In this document: positions 62,457 through 64,000 of the stretch, in pieces | How the letters are laid out: each line of letters opens with the position of its first letter | Numbering within the stretch: the first letter of the stretch is position 1 | NCBI GenBank assembly: GCA_000165345.1 | Contig: CM000432.1 | Location: forward strand, 896,001-960,000 | DNA: 64,000 nucleotides | Direction: 5' to 3' | Notes under the pieces: generated by a model | Databases searched by the model: none | Told to the model about the DNA's origin: nothing | Seen by the model: the letters and a program-made list of their open reading frames with translations, nothing else | Position numbers and translations under genes: made by a program

Positions 62457-62571
62457 CACAATAAAATAATTTTTAAATATTTTAATATCTTAATAATATA
62501 TTTACGCGAATGCATGCATGCATGCATATATGTATTACTAATAAAACAGAGATATAGATAATTAATTACAA

Positions 62572-62649
<78 letters not shown>

Positions 62650-64000
62650 TACTTTTTCCTTTCTTATAATAAAAAAGAAAAAAAAGACTTCTATTCACTT
62701 ATTTACTTCTAAGGAAAAGAAAACAATGTAATTATGCATGTAATGTATAATACTACACAAATCCATTAATCCAGTTTATTAAAGACTTCCAATATACAAT
62801 TAATTATTCCAAATTCAAATTTTTTCTCTATTCAATTTTTTTTTTCAAATTCTTTTTTTTTACCCTTTTATTATATATTTAAAAAAAAAAAAAAAAATCC
62901 CACTCTTTACAAAATTTTCTTTTCATGATCCAACCCACCCGCCAAATCTATTTTACCGTTTCTCGGTACCAAAAATGGCGGGAAGCATGTTTCACACGTA
63001 ATATAGAAATTAATGTAAAACAACAAGATTAAAAATATGAACAATTTAAATCAATAAATAGATAAACATATATAAATATAGAGGAATATTCGGTTAGTAA
63101 TAATAATAATCTATACGGTTTTCTTTAGTTACTCAGAAATCTAAAAAAAAAAGAAAATCAAAATCAGAAATGATAAAATCTCGTTTTTTAACTATCTGGT
63201 TTTCTTTTTTTTTTTTCTTTTCTCCTACTTATCCACGGTCTTCTTATTTATCATTTAAATATACATTTAACAACTAGTAAATGCTATTCTATTATTTATT
63301 TATTATTATCATTGAATAAATTAATAAGAAGTTGAACCTTATGCATATATACATAACTCTCCATATTTAAAAAAAAAAAAATAAACCAGTTAGAAATGGT
63401 TGTTTAATTTTTTTTTGTGATAAATTTTTGAAATATTCATGGTACAAAGAATCTTAATAACAGGTATCATCAACCAATTATCTTCTATTGTATATTATTC
63501 TGTATTTGTACTATGCCAATTATAAAATAAGTGAAGAGAAAAAAGAATTATTATTATTATTATTATTTTGAAATTAAATTTTGTATCATCAATGTAAAAA
63601 AAAAAAAAAGAAAAGAAAATGAATAAATTATTCATATGTCACCATCTTTTGTTCTTTATTATATAGATTGAAAATTTACCAATTAACTCTTGTTTTACTT
63701 TTCCTCTGTAAAGAAATAAAACAGCATAATCTTTGCATGTATAACACATATACATTTGATAATTATATCAACAGTTAAAAAAAGGAAAAAAAGATGGTAT
63801 ATATTATATTTCAATTGTTCAAGTCATCTCAATAAAATATAAGAAATTGTGTAATTTTTAGCTTAAATTAGTAGACTAATTAACAAATAATAAATAGCTA
63901 AAATTACATAATTGCATACTCTCCACAATAAAGCTCATAAATATTTGTGATTTTTCTTCATTCTTATATCTTCTTGTTTTTGTTACAGATTCAGTAATTA

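Noticed and set aside
62244-62459. 71-aa ORF as an independent gene
   Set aside because: It ends exactly at a GTAAGT donor in a phase that joins the downstream TBC ORF. Reinterpreted as exon 1 of the F-box/TBC gene.
63430-63520. Possible gene start ATGGTACAAAGAATCTTAATAACAGGT (MVQRILITG, Rossmann-like start) downstream of G-box motifs at 62934-62986
   Set aside because: The ORF closes after 28 codons and the nearest GT (GTATCA) is a poor donor. Cannot support an exon structure inside the window. Those G-boxes may equally belong to the TBC gene promoter.

Overview
AT-rich, gene-dense, intron-poor eukaryotic nuclear DNA with no rRNA, tRNA or mobile elements seen. It is not a prokaryote and not a ciliate, because long ORFs stay open under the standard code. 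The low-complexity S/N-rich proteins and the intergenic motif vocabulary (TGGCGCCA E2F-like, GGCGGGAA G-box-like, TGCATGCA) fit a Cryptosporidium chromosome segment. This is an inference from published knowledge of those motif families, not a database hit. I could support 22 protein-coding genes, all by recalled homology rather than searches. Recognised products: an MPS1/TTK-like kinase, a TPR protein with a possible PRMT9-like methyltransferase fold, eRF1 glutamine methyltransferase (HemK2/N6AMT1), eIF3c, Rrp8 rRNA methyltransferase, TFIIE-alpha, a two-domain ApiAP2 factor, the divergently transcribed CCT-gamma/CCT-eta pair, a UGGT-like ER protein, an Arc1p/tRip-like tRNA-binding protein, a Vti1-like SNARE-like protein and an F-box plus TBC RabGAP. 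Four genes are spliced with canonical GTAAGT...AG introns. Two of these are small membrane-protein genes absent from the ORF track: V-ATPase subunit e (two exons) and signal peptidase subunit SPCS1 (three exons). Most notable for follow-up is a tandem pair of clearly paralogous giant (1736 and 2187 aa) ankyrin-repeat polytopic membrane proteins of unknown family. Also notable: the UGGT-like protein whose catalytic DxD appears to be D-P-F, a recurrent palindromic ACCGGTA motif beside the known motifs, and promoter-like GC motif clusters sitting in 3'-3' intergenic gaps.
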